Assembly (NCBI GenBank): GCA_963846575.1
Contig: CAWJWJ010000002.1
Coordinates: 992,001-1,056,000 of the forward strand
Source: an uncultured Nitrospiraceae bacterium
Lineage (GTDB): Bacteria; Nitrospirota; Nitrospiria; Nitrospirales; Nitrospiraceae
DNA: 64,000 nucleotides
Direction: 5' to 3'
In this document: positions 1 to 10,054 of the stretch, piece by piece
How the letters are laid out: each line of letters begins with the position of its first letter
How positions within the stretch are numbered: position 1 is the stretch's first letter
Made by a program: the position numbers and the translations under genes
The notes under the pieces: model-generated
The model's input: only the letters and a program-made list of their open reading frames with translations
What the model was told of the DNA's origin: nothing
The model's database searches: none

Positions 1-1058
1 TAACAGGTGGTTTCCGAGAGCCCATAGCCGTGGCGGATCGGAAAACCGAAACGATCCTCGAAGCGGAGGGCCGTATCTTTCAGGAGCGGCCCCGCGCCGC
101 ACATCACCCCCCCGAAGCGATCAAGGCGATAGCCCGTCAGGTCTTCGTCGGCATCCAGGAGAAATTCGAGCAAGGTGGGGACCACGCTCGCGATCGTGAT
201 CTGCTCTTCGTGGAGCCGCCGCCAGAAACTCGCGGTCTTGAACTTCCGATTCAATAACACGCTTCCCTTGCAGTAGAAGGGGGTCACCAGTGTGACCACG
301 ATTCCATTGACATGGTGAATCGGCAACACGCACATGGCGCGATCGCTGGTTCCGAACCCATGCCAGTCCGAGATGGCATCCGCATCGATCAGAAGGTTGG
401 CCGTGGTCAGGATCACGCCTTTGGGCGGACCGGTCGTCCCCGATGTGTAAATGATCAATGCCTGGTCCTCGAGCCGCGACGACGAGAATGAGGGATGCGC
501 GGGGAGGGGATCGCCGGTCCGTCGGGCGGCGGCCGGCAGCCCGCGACCGGTGAGCAGGCCCCGGTCGTCCAGCGCGACCACGTCACATAATCCGGGCAGG
601 TCCCGCTGAAGGTCTTTGATTTCCTCATAGGCGTCCTGCCAACAGACCGCCGCGGACACGCCTGAATGTTCGAGGATAAAGCGTTTCCGCTCAGGCGGTT
701 CTTCGATGTTGATCGGCACGACGGCGAGTCCCAATGTCCAGGCGGCGAAGTAGATCAGCACGGTCAGATCGTGGTTGAAGAGCACGGTCGCGATCCGGTC
801 GCCACGGGACAACCGCAGATCGGTATGAAGCTGACCGGCCAACCGTTCGACGAGCGTCCCGAATTCCGCATACGTATAGGTGCGGCGCAGGTGGCGTTCC
901 TCATCACAGTAGGTGAGGAAATTCCTGGTGGCCAGCTGGGGGTCATATACGCGAGATCGAAAGAACTCGGCGAACGAGGTCCACGACAGTTCAGGAGCTC
1001 GTCCTGATGCGCACCGGGCCTGCGCGATCCGGTCATGTACGTCGGTGGAGAGGTTCAT
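1..1058 (-). CDS. AMP-binding acyl-CoA synthetase / long-chain fatty-acid-CoA ligase (3' end runs off the window)
   Basis: Not in the ORF track because it has no stop in the window. Manual translation from ATG 1058 gives MNLSTDVHDRIAQ..., with adenylate-forming motifs IIYTSGTTGPPKG (~420-460) and HGYGLSET (~10-32) in the same frame. Confidence 0.9.
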   Translation of the reverse strand, partial: MNLSTDVHDRIAQARCASGRAPELSWTSFAEFFRSRVYDPQLATRNFLTYCDEERHLRRTYTYAEFGTLVERLAGQLHTDLRLSRGDRIATVLFNHDLTVLIYFAAWTLGLAVVPINIEEPPERKRFILEHSGVSAAVCWQDAYEEIKDLQRDLPGLCDVVALDDRGLLTGRGLPAAARRTGDPLPAHPSFSSSRLEDQALIIYTSGTTGPPKGVILTTANLLIDADAISDWHGFGTSDRAMCVLPIHHVNGIVVTLVTPFYCKGSVLLNRKFKTASFWRRLHEEQITIASVVPTLLEFLLDADEDLTGYRLDRFGGVMCGAGPLLKDTALRFEDRFGFPIRHGYGLSETTC

Positions 1059-2211
1059 AGGTCCTCGGCGGTGGTCCCGTGTAAAGGGCTCGCGGCCTGA
1101 TCAGCCGGTTGTGATCCTGTTGCTCCATGACGTGCGCGCACCACCCGGCAATCCGTGAACAGACGAACAACGGGGTGGAGAGTTCACGCGGGATGCCCAT
1201 GAGCAGGTAGGCGACGGCGGTATAGAAATCGAGATTGGGATGGAGTCCCTTCTCCTGGTGCATCACGCGATGAACGGTGGAGGCCATCTCGTACCAGGTG
1301 GGGTCGCCGCAGAGGCGGCTGAGCCGTTCGGCGTGGCGCTGAATGATCGCCGATCGTGCGTCGCCGTGCCGGAGCACGCGATGTCCGAAGCCCATCACCC
1401 GTCGGTTCTTCGCGAGCGCCTCTCGCACCCAGGTTTCCGCGCGGTCCGGTCGGCCGATTTCGAGGAGCATCGCGGCGACCGCCTCATTCGCACCGCCGTG
1501 GAGCGGGCCTTTTAATGTCGCCACCGCCGCCGTCATGGCTCCATGGAGGTCGGACAGGGTTGAGGCGGTGACGCGGGCCGCGAACGTGGAGGCATTGAAC
1601 TCATGTTCCGCATATAAAATCAGGGAGACATTCAACGCCCGGGTCATGGCCAGGCCGGTTTCGCCTTCTTTCGGCCCGGCCATCAGGTGCAGTACGTGTT
1701 GCGCAAAAGATGTGCTCTGGTCCGGTTTCCTCGGGAATCTGCCCGCCATGACGCGATAACTTCCGGCAATCAGCAGGGGTATCTGACTCAGCAGACGTAT
1801 GGATTTGCGGAGCGTGGCCTCATGCGATCCATCCTGCGCCTCCGGGTCGCTCAGCCCCAGTAATGAAATGCCGGTGCGTAGGACATCCATCGGATGCAGG
1901 CCTGCCCGCAAGCGATCTATGAATCGTTCCACCGGATCGGGCAGGCCGCGCTGCAGGATCACGCGCGTCGTAAAATCATCCAACTCGGCCTGCGAAGGAA
2001 GATGGCCGACCAGGAGCAGGTAGGCCACCTCCTCGAAGCTGCTCCATTCCGCCAGATCCCCGATCGCATAACCTCGGTAACGGAGTCCGGCCTCGCCTTC
2101 GTCTACCTGACAAAGGGCCGACTCACCCGCAATCACGCCCTCCAGTCCCGGACTGTAAGCACCCTGCTCCGCCGTTCTACCCGCCGGCTGTTCTTGTGTC
2201 GCCTGGTTCAT
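1033..2211 (-). CDS. prpC: 2-methylcitrate synthase (citrate synthase family)
   Basis: YSPGLEGV, GPLHGGANE, GFGHRV and PNLDFY motifs; adjacent to prpB/prpD; start placed at MNQATQ behind a GGAGG RBS. Confidence 0.85.
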   Translation of the reverse strand: MNQATQEQPAGRTAEQGAYSPGLEGVIAGESALCQVDEGEAGLRYRGYAIGDLAEWSSFEEVAYLLLVGHLPSQAELDDFTTRVILQRGLPDPVERFIDRLRAGLHPMDVLRTGISLLGLSDPEAQDGSHEATLRKSIRLLSQIPLLIAGSYRVMAGRFPRKPDQSTSFAQHVLHLMAGPKEGETGLAMTRALNVSLILYAEHEFNASTFAARVTASTLSDLHGAMTAAVATLKGPLHGGANEAVAAMLLEIGRPDRAETWVREALAKNRRVMGFGHRVLRHGDARSAIIQRHAERLSRLCGDPTWYEMASTVHRVMHQEKGLHPNLDFYTAVAYLLMGIPRELSTPLFVCSRIAGWCAHVMEQQDHNRLIRPRALYTGPPPRTYEPLHRRT

Positions 2212-3097
2212 GGGGCCTCCGTGCCTCTGCCTCATCGGTGTCATAGCGAAGTACTTCGTAGAGCTCCTGCCGTGTCATCATGTGATCGAGCCAGTCGCGC
2301 TGCGAACTGAAAAACTTGATTTCCACCAGCAGTTTTTCGACGGCTCTGGCCGCGACCCGCAATGTGCTGACGGGAAACAGCACGCCGTGGTAGCCCAGGG
2401 CCTCAAACTCGCCGACGCTGAGATAGGGTGTCCTGCCGAATTCCGTCATGTTGGCAATCAGCGGCAGGTGGACGCCTCCTTTTTTCAACTCGACGGCAAA
2501 GGTCTCGAACTCCTCGGCAGAGGGTAACGCTTCGGGAAACAGGGCGTCCGCTCCGGCCTGGGCGTAAGCTCGCGCCCGCTGAATCGCGGCATCCAGCCCG
2601 TCGACGGCCCGGGCGTCCGTACGAGCCACGATCATGAAATCCTGGTTCTGTCGGGCCTGAACGGCGGCCTTGATCTTCGTCACCATGTCGAACACCGGTA
2701 TCACCCGTTTGCCAGAGAGATGGCCGCATTTCTTTGCCAGCTCCTGGTCCTCGATCTGCATGCCGGCCAGGCCGGCCCGCTCGAACACCCGGACCGCCTC
2801 CGTCACGACCGGCGGAGGGCCATATCCGGTATCCGCATCGACGATGGCCGGGATCGTCACCGAGCGGGCGATGGTCGCGGCTTCCCTCGCCATTTCTTCC
2901 AATGTCATCACGCCGGTGTCGGGCAGCCCCCGGCCCGCTGAGATGGCCGCGCCCGACACATACACGATCTCATAGCCGGCCCGTTCGATTTGCATGGCGG
3001 TGAGCGCATTGAACGCACCGGGGATGGCATGGGCACCAGTCGCCAGTAGCTCACGCAAGCGGCGGGCTTGTGATGTCGGAGCGTGATCAGGTGTCAC
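2177..3097 (-). CDS. prpB: 2-methylisocitrate lyase
   Basis: ICL/PEP-mutase fold motifs DADTGYG, KKCGH, ARTDA and ANMTEFG. Confidence 0.9.
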   Translation of the reverse strand: MTPDHAPTSQARRLRELLATGAHAIPGAFNALTAMQIERAGYEIVYVSGAAISAGRGLPDTGVMTLEEMAREAATIARSVTIPAIVDADTGYGPPPVVTEAVRVFERAGLAGMQIEDQELAKKCGHLSGKRVIPVFDMVTKIKAAVQARQNQDFMIVARTDARAVDGLDAAIQRARAYAQAGADALFPEALPSAEEFETFAVELKKGGVHLPLIANMTEFGRTPYLSVGEFEALGYHGVLFPVSTLRVAARAVEKLLVEIKFFSSQRDWLDHMMTRQELYEVLRYDTDEAEARRPHEPGDTRTAGG

Positions 3098-4505
3098 GGT
3101 GCTTCACCTTGAGAAGCGGCATCAGTGTGGCGATGTCCTTTTCCCGTTCCAACTGCCAGATGCACTCGACGAGCCGATCAAACCGTGCGCTTCCGACGCG
3201 TCTCGATGCGAGTCTGCGCGCTTTCTCCTCCACATCCGAATCCGACATGGGATGGTCCGGATGCCCCACCGGCAGGTCGACTTGCCTCGTATAGATCTGT
3301 CCCCCGTTGGTTCTGATCGTGATACGGGTCGGCATCGTTGCCGGGTAGCAACGGGTGAATTCGGGCTGAGTCACGACGCGGGTCTTCTTCATCAACTCGC
3401 GCAAGGCCGGGTCTCCGAGCCGCTTCGTATCGAATGAGTGCGAGGTCACGCGTCCGTCCAGAAGTGCCGCCGCGATACAGTAGGGGAGACTGTGATCGGC
3501 GGTTTCCCTTGTGGTGGGCTGCCACTTCTCCGCATCGCGTCCGATGATCTCGATGGCCACGTCGTAACTGCCCACTTCAATGTCGGTCAGCCCTTCGATG
3601 GCATGAGCGCCTTCGGCCTCGATCAACAGCGCTCTGAGGGCCAGTGCCGCTTCGACGGCCGTTTGCGCGTGGTACTCCACCGGAAAATGCTTGATGTAGG
3701 TATCGAGTATCCTGAACGGCGCCGGCCTGTCGCCGGGCGCTCGTTCTCCTCCGAGCCTGGAGACCTCGAACGGTCCGGAAACCAGTTTCATGAAGCCCTT
3801 GTCCCCTTCGAAGATCGGCGCCGGCCCAGTCATGCCCCGCTGGGCCAGCAGCGCGGCGAACACGCCGTTACGGGCCGCATTGGAAAAAGCGCAGGCTTTC
3901 CACATGGACATGTCGCCCACCCGGGTCTGCCGGAGTGCCACGTTGGCCACAGCGGCCAGATTGACGGCTTGAATGGTTTGTCCTTCCGTCAATTTCATCG
4001 TCTTGGCCGCTCCGAGCGTGGACGAGATCGATCCATAGGTCACATGGTCCCAGCCGCGCGGCCTCAAGGCAGCGGCATCACAGAGCCGGCAATGGATTTC
4101 ATAGGCCAGGGCAATGGCCTGGATGACTCGTTTGCCGGATGCATGGGCACATTCGCCGGCTGCGAGGATGGCCGCAAGATTGTCCGAGGGATGGGCCGGC
4201 TCCTTGGAGAGATAGGTGTCGTTGAAGTCGAGGTAACGAACCATCGCGCCATTGGCAAAGGTCGCGAGATCCGGAAGGGTCCTGTGTGACGCTCCCCAGA
4301 CTGTGGCTCCGCCGGAAACCTTCACCGACTGCGCGACCTGCCGCGCGATCCGGCAGGGAGCGGCGGCCCAGGCGCCGAACGCGCAGCCCAGGCTGTCGAG
4401 GATCCGTCGCTTGACCTCGTGCACCACTTCGCCGGGGAGATCGTCATAACACAGCGTCTGGGTATAACCTGCGAGGTGATTGGCCAACATGCTGGCACCC
4501 GGCAT
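3087..4505 (-). CDS. prpD: 2-methylcitrate dehydratase, MmgE/PrpD family
   Basis: RYLDFNDT, HPSDN, GWDH and ETADHSLPY motifs. Confidence 0.9.
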   Translation of the reverse strand: MPGASMLANHLAGYTQTLCYDDLPGEVVHEVKRRILDSLGCAFGAWAAAPCRIARQVAQSVKVSGGATVWGASHRTLPDLATFANGAMVRYLDFNDTYLSKEPAHPSDNLAAILAAGECAHASGKRVIQAIALAYEIHCRLCDAAALRPRGWDHVTYGSISSTLGAAKTMKLTEGQTIQAVNLAAVANVALRQTRVGDMSMWKACAFSNAARNGVFAALLAQRGMTGPAPIFEGDKGFMKLVSGPFEVSRLGGERAPGDRPAPFRILDTYIKHFPVEYHAQTAVEAALALRALLIEAEGAHAIEGLTDIEVGSYDVAIEIIGRDAEKWQPTTRETADHSLPYCIAAALLDGRVTSHSFDTKRLGDPALRELMKKTRVVTQPEFTRCYPATMPTRITIRTNGGQIYTRQVDLPVGHPDHPMSDSDVEEKARRLASRRVGSARFDRLVECIWQLEREKDIATLMPLLKVKHRDT

Positions 4506-4580
4506 GATGTTACGCCTCCGCCGGACTCGGCTCGATCGTTGCCGGTCGAGGTCTGCCCGGTCTGCATTCTCCGCGTCCGG

Positions 4581-5366
4581 TCACCCGTGCCGTTCGCTCG
4601 ATGCAGGCGCGAGATCCTGCACCCGTTGTCGTTCGGCAATGGCCGAAATCAGTTCGGGAATCCCTTCGCCCGTCAACGCGACGGTACGCAGCACGTGGGG
4701 GCACCACTCAGCTAGATCCCCGATCGCCGCATCGGCGCCTTCGCGGTCGGCCTTATTGACGACCACGATATCCGCGACTTCCAACAAGCCGGCCTTCATG
4801 GCCTGTACGCCGTCTCCGAGCCCCGGCGCCACCACGGCCACGACGGTTTGCGCCACCTGCGAGACCTCGATTTCGGTCTGGCCGACGCCCACCGTTTCGA
4901 TGAGGACCGCCTCATACCCGGCCGTTTCCAGCACCTGCGCCGCCTCCCGCGTGGCAGGGGCGAGGCCTCCTTGCTGGCCGCGTGTCGCCATGCTTCGGAT
5001 GTAGACTCCCCGATCCTCTGCATGGTGCTGCATTCTGATCCGGTCTCCCAATAGGGCTCCGCCGGTCACGGGGCTGCTGATATCGACCGCCAGGACTCCG
5101 ACCTTGAGCCCCAGTTGGCGATAGGCACGGATGAGCTGATCGATGAGTGTGCTCTTGCCGGTGCCCGGATACCCCGTGATGCCGACGACCATGGCATGTT
5201 TCCGTGGAGCGCCGAGCTGAGCCAGCACCGCGGTCCCCCGGGGATCCTCGTTTTCGAGCAGGGTGAGGATGCGCGAAACGGTCCGGACGTCGCCGGCCGT
5301 CACCTGTTCCGCCAGGATCTGGCTCTGTTCCTGATCGCTCAGTCTGTCGACGTACCCCTGGGCCAT
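4581..5366 (-). CDS. meaB: MeaB/ArgK-family G3E GTPase (B12-mutase chaperone)
   Basis: GYPGTGKST Walker A, GGALLGDRIRM, ETVGVGQ and NKAD motifs; a B12 mutase is in the same operon. Confidence 0.9.
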   Translation of the reverse strand: MAQGYVDRLSDQEQSQILAEQVTAGDVRTVSRILTLLENEDPRGTAVLAQLGAPRKHAMVVGITGYPGTGKSTLIDQLIRAYRQLGLKVGVLAVDISSPVTGGALLGDRIRMQHHAEDRGVYIRSMATRGQQGGLAPATREAAQVLETAGYEAVLIETVGVGQTEIEVSQVAQTVVAVVAPGLGDGVQAMKAGLLEVADIVVVNKADREGADAAIGDLAEWCPHVLRTVALTGEGIPELISAIAERQRVQDLAPASSERHG

Positions 5367-5376
5367 GTGAATCCCT

Positions 5377-6315
5377 TCAGACGGTGTGCGGCGCCGAAAG
5401 GTCAAGCAGCTTCGAGAGTCTGGAAGTCACGTGTTGCCGCACCGTGCCGACAATCTGCTGGAGTGCGGAGACGATGCTGTGTTCATCAATCGCCACCACG
5501 GCGCCCGACGCCTTGAGCGCGAACACCAGATCCTCCGTGGCGAGGTTTCCCGATGCGCCGGGCGCGAAGGGGCAGCCTCCGAGGCCTCCCGCCGCAGAGT
5601 CGAAGGCGGCGATGCCGTAGTCCCACCAGGCCGTCAGGGCATTAGCAATGGCCATGCCGTACGTGTCGTGCAGATGGAGCGACAGACGGGCCGGCTCGAT
5701 GTGCGGCATGACTCGATCCAGCAAAGATCGGATGTCGGAAGGGGAGGCTTTGCCGATCGTGTCACCCATCGAAATGTCGTCCACGCCCAGGTCGAGAAGA
5801 CGCTTCATCACATCCATGACGGCCAAAGGTGCGATACGGCCTTCGTAGGGACAGAAGACCGCCGTGGAGATATAGCCACGCACCAGCATCCCGTCCCGTT
5901 TGGCTGCCTTGACGATCGGTCTGAAGCGGGTGAGGCTCTCCTCCACCGTGGCCTTGATGTTCCGGCGCGTGAATGTTTCCGAGGCGGCGGTAAAGACGGC
6001 GATCTTCTGAGCGGCTGCGGCCCGCGCCCGCTCGAATCCCCGCTCATTCGGCACGAGAGCGGAATAGATCACGCCCGGCGTCCGCTCGATGGCGCGGAAG
6101 ACCTCATCGGCATCCGCCAGTTGCGGGACGGCGGACGGCGAGACGAATGAACCTGCCTCGATCTCTGCGACGCCGGTGCGGGAGAGGGCATTGATAAAGG
6201 CAATCTTGCTCGACGTGGGGACGAAGTCCGGTTCGTGCTGCAATCCGTCTCGCGGCGCGACCTCCGTGATCCGGATCGGTGACCGGGGAGAATTATGTGC
6301 GCTTCGCTCCAACAT
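5377..6315 (-). CDS. Hydroxymethylglutaryl-CoA lyase
   Basis: EVAPRDGLQ, HLHDTYG and GLGGCPFAPGASGN motifs. Confidence 0.92.
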   Translation of the reverse strand: MLERSAHNSPRSPIRITEVAPRDGLQHEPDFVPTSSKIAFINALSRTGVAEIEAGSFVSPSAVPQLADADEVFRAIERTPGVIYSALVPNERGFERARAAAAQKIAVFTAASETFTRRNIKATVEESLTRFRPIVKAAKRDGMLVRGYISTAVFCPYEGRIAPLAVMDVMKRLLDLGVDDISMGDTIGKASPSDIRSLLDRVMPHIEPARLSLHLHDTYGMAIANALTAWWDYGIAAFDSAAGGLGGCPFAPGASGNLATEDLVFALKASGAVVAIDEHSIVSALQQIVGTVRQHVTSRLSKLLDLSAPHTV

Positions 6316-7141
6316 CGGCAGACCGTTGCTCCTGTGGCTTCATCCCTGGTTCCGGCGGCGTGGCCCATGAGGGTACCCGTTTCTCTACGAAGGCCAGGAG
6401 CCCTTCCCGGGCTTCGGGCGCAGAACGAGCGTCGGCGTTGGATGTGATGCACGCGGTCCGACGGTCCTCGTCGGACAGGCTCCGTATGCCGCGGAACAGG
6501 CTCTTACTGCCTCGTACGGCTTTGGGCGCAAGCCGAAGAAGTCCTTCGAGCAATTCGGCCACCCTGTCGTCCAGAGCCTCCGGTTGAACCACGTCGTGGG
6601 CGAGGCCGAATCGTTCCGCTGTCGAGGCAGTGAAGACGTCACCGCTCAGGGCGTAGCGTCTCAGAAATGATTCTCCGGCCTTGCGCAGCAGATAGGGGGC
6701 GATCACCGCCGGAATCAAACCGAGCCTGGCCTCGCTGAGCGAAAACGTGGCCGCTTCCGCCACCACCACCATATCGCAGGCCGCCAGGAGTCCGATCCCG
6801 CCGCCGAATGCCGGGCCCTGCACTCGAGCAATGACCGGACAGGGGCATTCGTCGATGGCGCGAAACATGAGGGCGAGCGCCCGGGCGTCCTTCATTGCCT
6901 GGCCGTCGGATGGAAGCGGAGCGGATTGCATCCACTGAATGTCGGCCCCGGCGCAAAAGACGGGGCCGGCAGCGGCGAGTACGATTCCCCTGAGCGACTG
7001 GTCCCGCGCGAATCCCTCGAAGACGTCGAGGAGCTCCGCGACCATCCGGCCATCGAGCGCATTCCGCCGTTCAGGCCGATTGAGGGCGACGCGGGCGAAG
7101 GGCCCCTGTGATGCAGTGGCAATGGTCAAGAACTTGCCCAT
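6293..7141 (-). CDS. Enoyl-CoA hydratase, likely methylglutaconyl-CoA hydratase (LiuC-like)
   Basis: Crotonase motifs FCAGAD, GGGIGL and SEARLGL; lies between the MCC beta subunit and HMG-CoA lyase. Confidence 0.8.
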   Translation of the reverse strand: MGKFLTIATASQGPFARVALNRPERRNALDGRMVAELLDVFEGFARDQSLRGIVLAAAGPVFCAGADIQWMQSAPLPSDGQAMKDARALALMFRAIDECPCPVIARVQGPAFGGGIGLLAACDMVVVAEAATFSLSEARLGLIPAVIAPYLLRKAGESFLRRYALSGDVFTASTAERFGLAHDVVQPEALDDRVAELLEGLLRLAPKAVRGSKSLFRGIRSLSDEDRRTACITSNADARSAPEAREGLLAFVEKRVPSWATPPEPGMKPQEQRSADVGAKRT

Positions 7142-7159
7142 TCGTTCCTCCGGTCGTCC

Positions 7160-8764
7160 TTACATGCGAAATACCGGTGCGTGGCTGGTTTTGGTCGGGA
7201 GCACGGCGGCCAGCTCCAGACAGAGACCAAGCACTCCGCGCGTGTCGACTGGATCCAGAATGCCGTCGTCCCAAAGGCGCGCGCTGCTGAAATAGGGACT
7301 GCCCTCCTGCTCATACTGACGAAGGGTCCCGTCCGTTATCCGCCGTTGCGCTTCTTCGGACAGTGCTGCCTGGTCCCGCGCCCGTTGTTGTTGCTTCACC
7401 GTGACCAGGACCTGCGCGGCCTGCTGCGCTCCCATGACCGATGTCCGGGCGTTTGGCCAGCAGAACAGAAACCGTGGACCGTATCCACGCCCGCACATGG
7501 CATAGTTGCCGGCACCGTGAGAGGCGCCGATCAGGATCGTGAATTTCGGCACGTCCGCGGTTGCGACCGCCTGCACCATTTTGGCGCCGTCTTTGATGAT
7601 ACCTCTGCGTTCATACTCCTGCCCGACCATGAAGCCGGTGATGTTCTGCAGGAACACGAGCGGAATGCGCCGTTGGGCGCACAACTGGATAAAGTGTGCG
7701 CCCTTCAATGAGGATTCCGACAGCAGCACGCCGTTGTTGGCGACGATGCCCACGAGATGGCCCATCCAATGGGCGAACCCGCAGACCAGGGTGGCGCCAT
7801 AGCGTGTTTTAAACTCCTGGAAGCGGCTTCCATCCACAAGACGCGCGATCACCTCCCGTACCTCCCACTTCTGCCGGGGATTGTCCGGGATGATTCCGTA
7901 GAGGTCTTCGGCGGGATAGAGCGGCTCGTCGATCCTGTCCCGGCGTGTTTTGGGAGCCTTCCGTCCCAAGGTTGTGACGATGGAGCGGCAGATCTCCAAG
8001 GCTTCTCGTTCATCTTCTGCCAGATGATCGCTGACGCCCGATAGACGGGTGTGGAGATCCGCCCCGCCCAAATCTTCGGCGCTGACTTCTTCACCCGTCG
8101 CCGCCTTCACCAGCGGCGGTCCGGCCAGATAGATCGTGCCGGTGCCTTTGACGATGACGTTTTCATCAGACATGGCCGGCACGTAGGCGCCGCCCGCGGT
8201 GCACATGCCCATGACCACGGAGATTTGTGCGATGCCTGCGGCCGACATGCGCGCCTGATTGTAAAAGATCCGGCCGAAGTGCTCCTTGTCGGCGAAGACC
8301 TCGGCCTGCATCGGCAGAAACACGCCGCCGGAATCGACGAGGTAGATCGCCGGCAACCGGTTCTCGAGTGCGATCTCCTGGGCACGCAGATGTTTCTTGA
8401 TGGTCAGAGGGAAATAGGTGCCCCCCTTGACCGTGGCGTCGTTTGCGACGATGACGCAGAAGCGCCCTGCGACGGACCCGATGCCGGTGATCAGGCCTGC
8501 CGACGGCACCTGGTTGTCATAGAGGCCGAATGCGGCCAGCGGGCTCAATTCGATCCAGGGGGAACCCGGGTCGAGCAAGGCCGTGATGCGCTCACGGGCG
8601 GTCAGCTTCCCGCGCCTTCGGTGAAGCGCGACGGCATCGGCCGGCCCCCCGGCCTGTACCATTCCCAGGTGTTTTCTGAGATCGGCCATCAGGCTGTCGT
8701 AGTGAGCCTGATGCCGCCGGAAGGCTTCGGAGGCCGGAGCCACTGATGTGGTCAGGACCGTCAT
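7160..8764 (-). CDS. Acyl-CoA carboxylase carboxyltransferase subunit (3-methylcrotonyl-CoA carboxylase beta-like)
   Basis: [28 protein letters not shown] and SARLWDDG motifs, with C-terminal VFRM. Confidence 0.9.
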   Translation of the reverse strand: MTVLTTSVAPASEAFRRHQAHYDSLMADLRKHLGMVQAGGPADAVALHRRRGKLTARERITALLDPGSPWIELSPLAAFGLYDNQVPSAGLITGIGSVAGRFCVIVANDATVKGGTYFPLTIKKHLRAQEIALENRLPAIYLVDSGGVFLPMQAEVFADKEHFGRIFYNQARMSAAGIAQISVVMGMCTAGGAYVPAMSDENVIVKGTGTIYLAGPPLVKAATGEEVSAEDLGGADLHTRLSGVSDHLAEDEREALEICRSIVTTLGRKAPKTRRDRIDEPLYPAEDLYGIIPDNPRQKWEVREVIARLVDGSRFQEFKTRYGATLVCGFAHWMGHLVGIVANNGVLLSESSLKGAHFIQLCAQRRIPLVFLQNITGFMVGQEYERRGIIKDGAKMVQAVATADVPKFTILIGASHGAGNYAMCGRGYGPRFLFCWPNARTSVMGAQQAAQVLVTVKQQQRARDQAALSEEAQRRITDGTLRQYEQEGSPYFSSARLWDDGILDPVDTRGVLGLCLELAAVLPTKTSHAPVFRM

Positions 8765-8775
8765 AGGGTCACCTC

Positions 8776-9183
8776 TCAGCGCACGACTCGAAGTCCCTTC
8801 ACGAACTCCACGATGTCATGCATCGGGGTAGCCGGACGAAACAACATGCGCACGCCGGCGGCTTTCAGTCTCGGCACGTCATCGTCCGGGATGATCCCTC
8901 CCCCGAACAGGGTCACGTCGCCCGCCCCCTGTTCTTTCAGTAACGTCAGCACCCGAAGAAAGAGCGAATTATGGGCGCCGGAATGGATGCTGAGACCGAT
9001 CGCCTGAACATCTTCCTGGATCGCCGTGGTCACGATCTGTTCCGGAGTCTGGTGGAGTCCCGTATACACGATCTCCATTCCCGCATCCCTGAGCGCGCGG
9101 GCAACGAGTTTGACTCCACGGTCATGTCCATCCAGCCCGACCTTCCCGATCAGGACCCGGATGGGAGGTGCCGCTACTGCCAT
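8776..9183 (-). CDS. Cobalamin-binding small subunit of an acyl-CoA mutase (IcmB-like)
   Basis: DGHDRG (DxHxxG) B12-binding motif and GGGII. Confidence 0.92.
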   Translation of the reverse strand: MAVAAPPIRVLIGKVGLDGHDRGVKLVARALRDAGMEIVYTGLHQTPEQIVTTAIQEDVQAIGLSIHSGAHNSLFLRVLTLLKEQGAGDVTLFGGGIIPDDDVPRLKAAGVRMLFRPATPMHDIVEFVKGLRVVR

Positions 9184-10022
9184 AATGTCACCTCCTCCAG
9201 TCGATACTTTCCTTCTGCATCCTTCCTGAGATGGCCGGCGTGAATCACCGGGTCGTGTTCGAACACCAGGAGCCAGTTCTCCTCGAACGCACGATCCAGT
9301 ACGCCGCGTTTAGTGTCGAGTGTGCGGACGGGGTTGAGGTCGTACCCCATGATGTAGGGGAGCGGAAGATGGGAGACCGTGGGAATGAGATCTCCCAGGA
9401 AGAATGCGACCTGACCTTCCGACTCCACTTTGATGCTCTGGTGGTGCCGCGTGTGTCCCGGCGTCACGACGACCGAAATGCCGGGCAGCAGCTCCGTATC
9501 GCCCTGCAGCAATTCCCACTGATTCAGTCGCGCGATCGGGGTGAAATTGTCGGAGCGATAACTCGCCCTGGTGCGTTCGTTGGCGCCGATCGCGTCCTCG
9601 TATTCGCCCTGTTGCACGTAGTAGCCCGCCTTCGGGAAGCCGGCCACCAAGGCCCTGTCGCCGTGGGCGACCGTGTTTCCTCCCGCATGGTCGAAGTGCA
9701 GATGCGTGTTGACGACTAGATGGATGTCGTCCCGGCTCACGCCATACCGCCGTAACGATTCCGGCAGCGAGGGCGTCCGTTCCACCGCAAACATCGATTC
9801 GAACTTCGCATCTTCCTTATCGCCCAGCCCTGTATCCACCAGAATGTTCTTGCCATGCGCCCGGATCAACAGACAGGTCAACCCGAGGGGGATACGGTTC
9901 AGTCCGTCCGCCGGACAACAGCGCTGCCAGAGTACCTTTGGCACCACTCCGAACATAGCCCCGCCATCCAGGCGAAACCGGCCATCCGTCACGGGATAAA
10001 TTTCAAAGGCTCCGAGCTTCAT
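9174..10022 (-). CDS. MBL-fold metallo-hydrolase (YtnP-like)
   Basis: [18 protein letters not shown] (HxHxDH), GHT and EHDP motifs. Confidence 0.88.
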   Translation of the reverse strand: MKLGAFEIYPVTDGRFRLDGGAMFGVVPKVLWQRCCPADGLNRIPLGLTCLLIRAHGKNILVDTGLGDKEDAKFESMFAVERTPSLPESLRRYGVSRDDIHLVVNTHLHFDHAGGNTVAHGDRALVAGFPKAGYYVQQGEYEDAIGANERTRASYRSDNFTPIARLNQWELLQGDTELLPGISVVVTPGHTRHHQSIKVESEGQVAFFLGDLIPTVSHLPLPYIMGYDLNPVRTLDTKRGVLDRAFEENWLLVFEHDPVIHAGHLRKDAEGKYRLEEVTLWQ

Positions 10023-10054
10023 GTGGTGTTACACGCCTTCCCGCCGGCAGTGCG

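Noticed and set aside
764..1036. 90-aa minus-strand ORF with an ATGA overlap to prpC, suggesting a frameshifted ligase
   Set aside because: The acyl-CoA ligase reads from ATG 1058 in another frame that also contains the AMP-binding motifs; the 90-aa ORF is a shadow.
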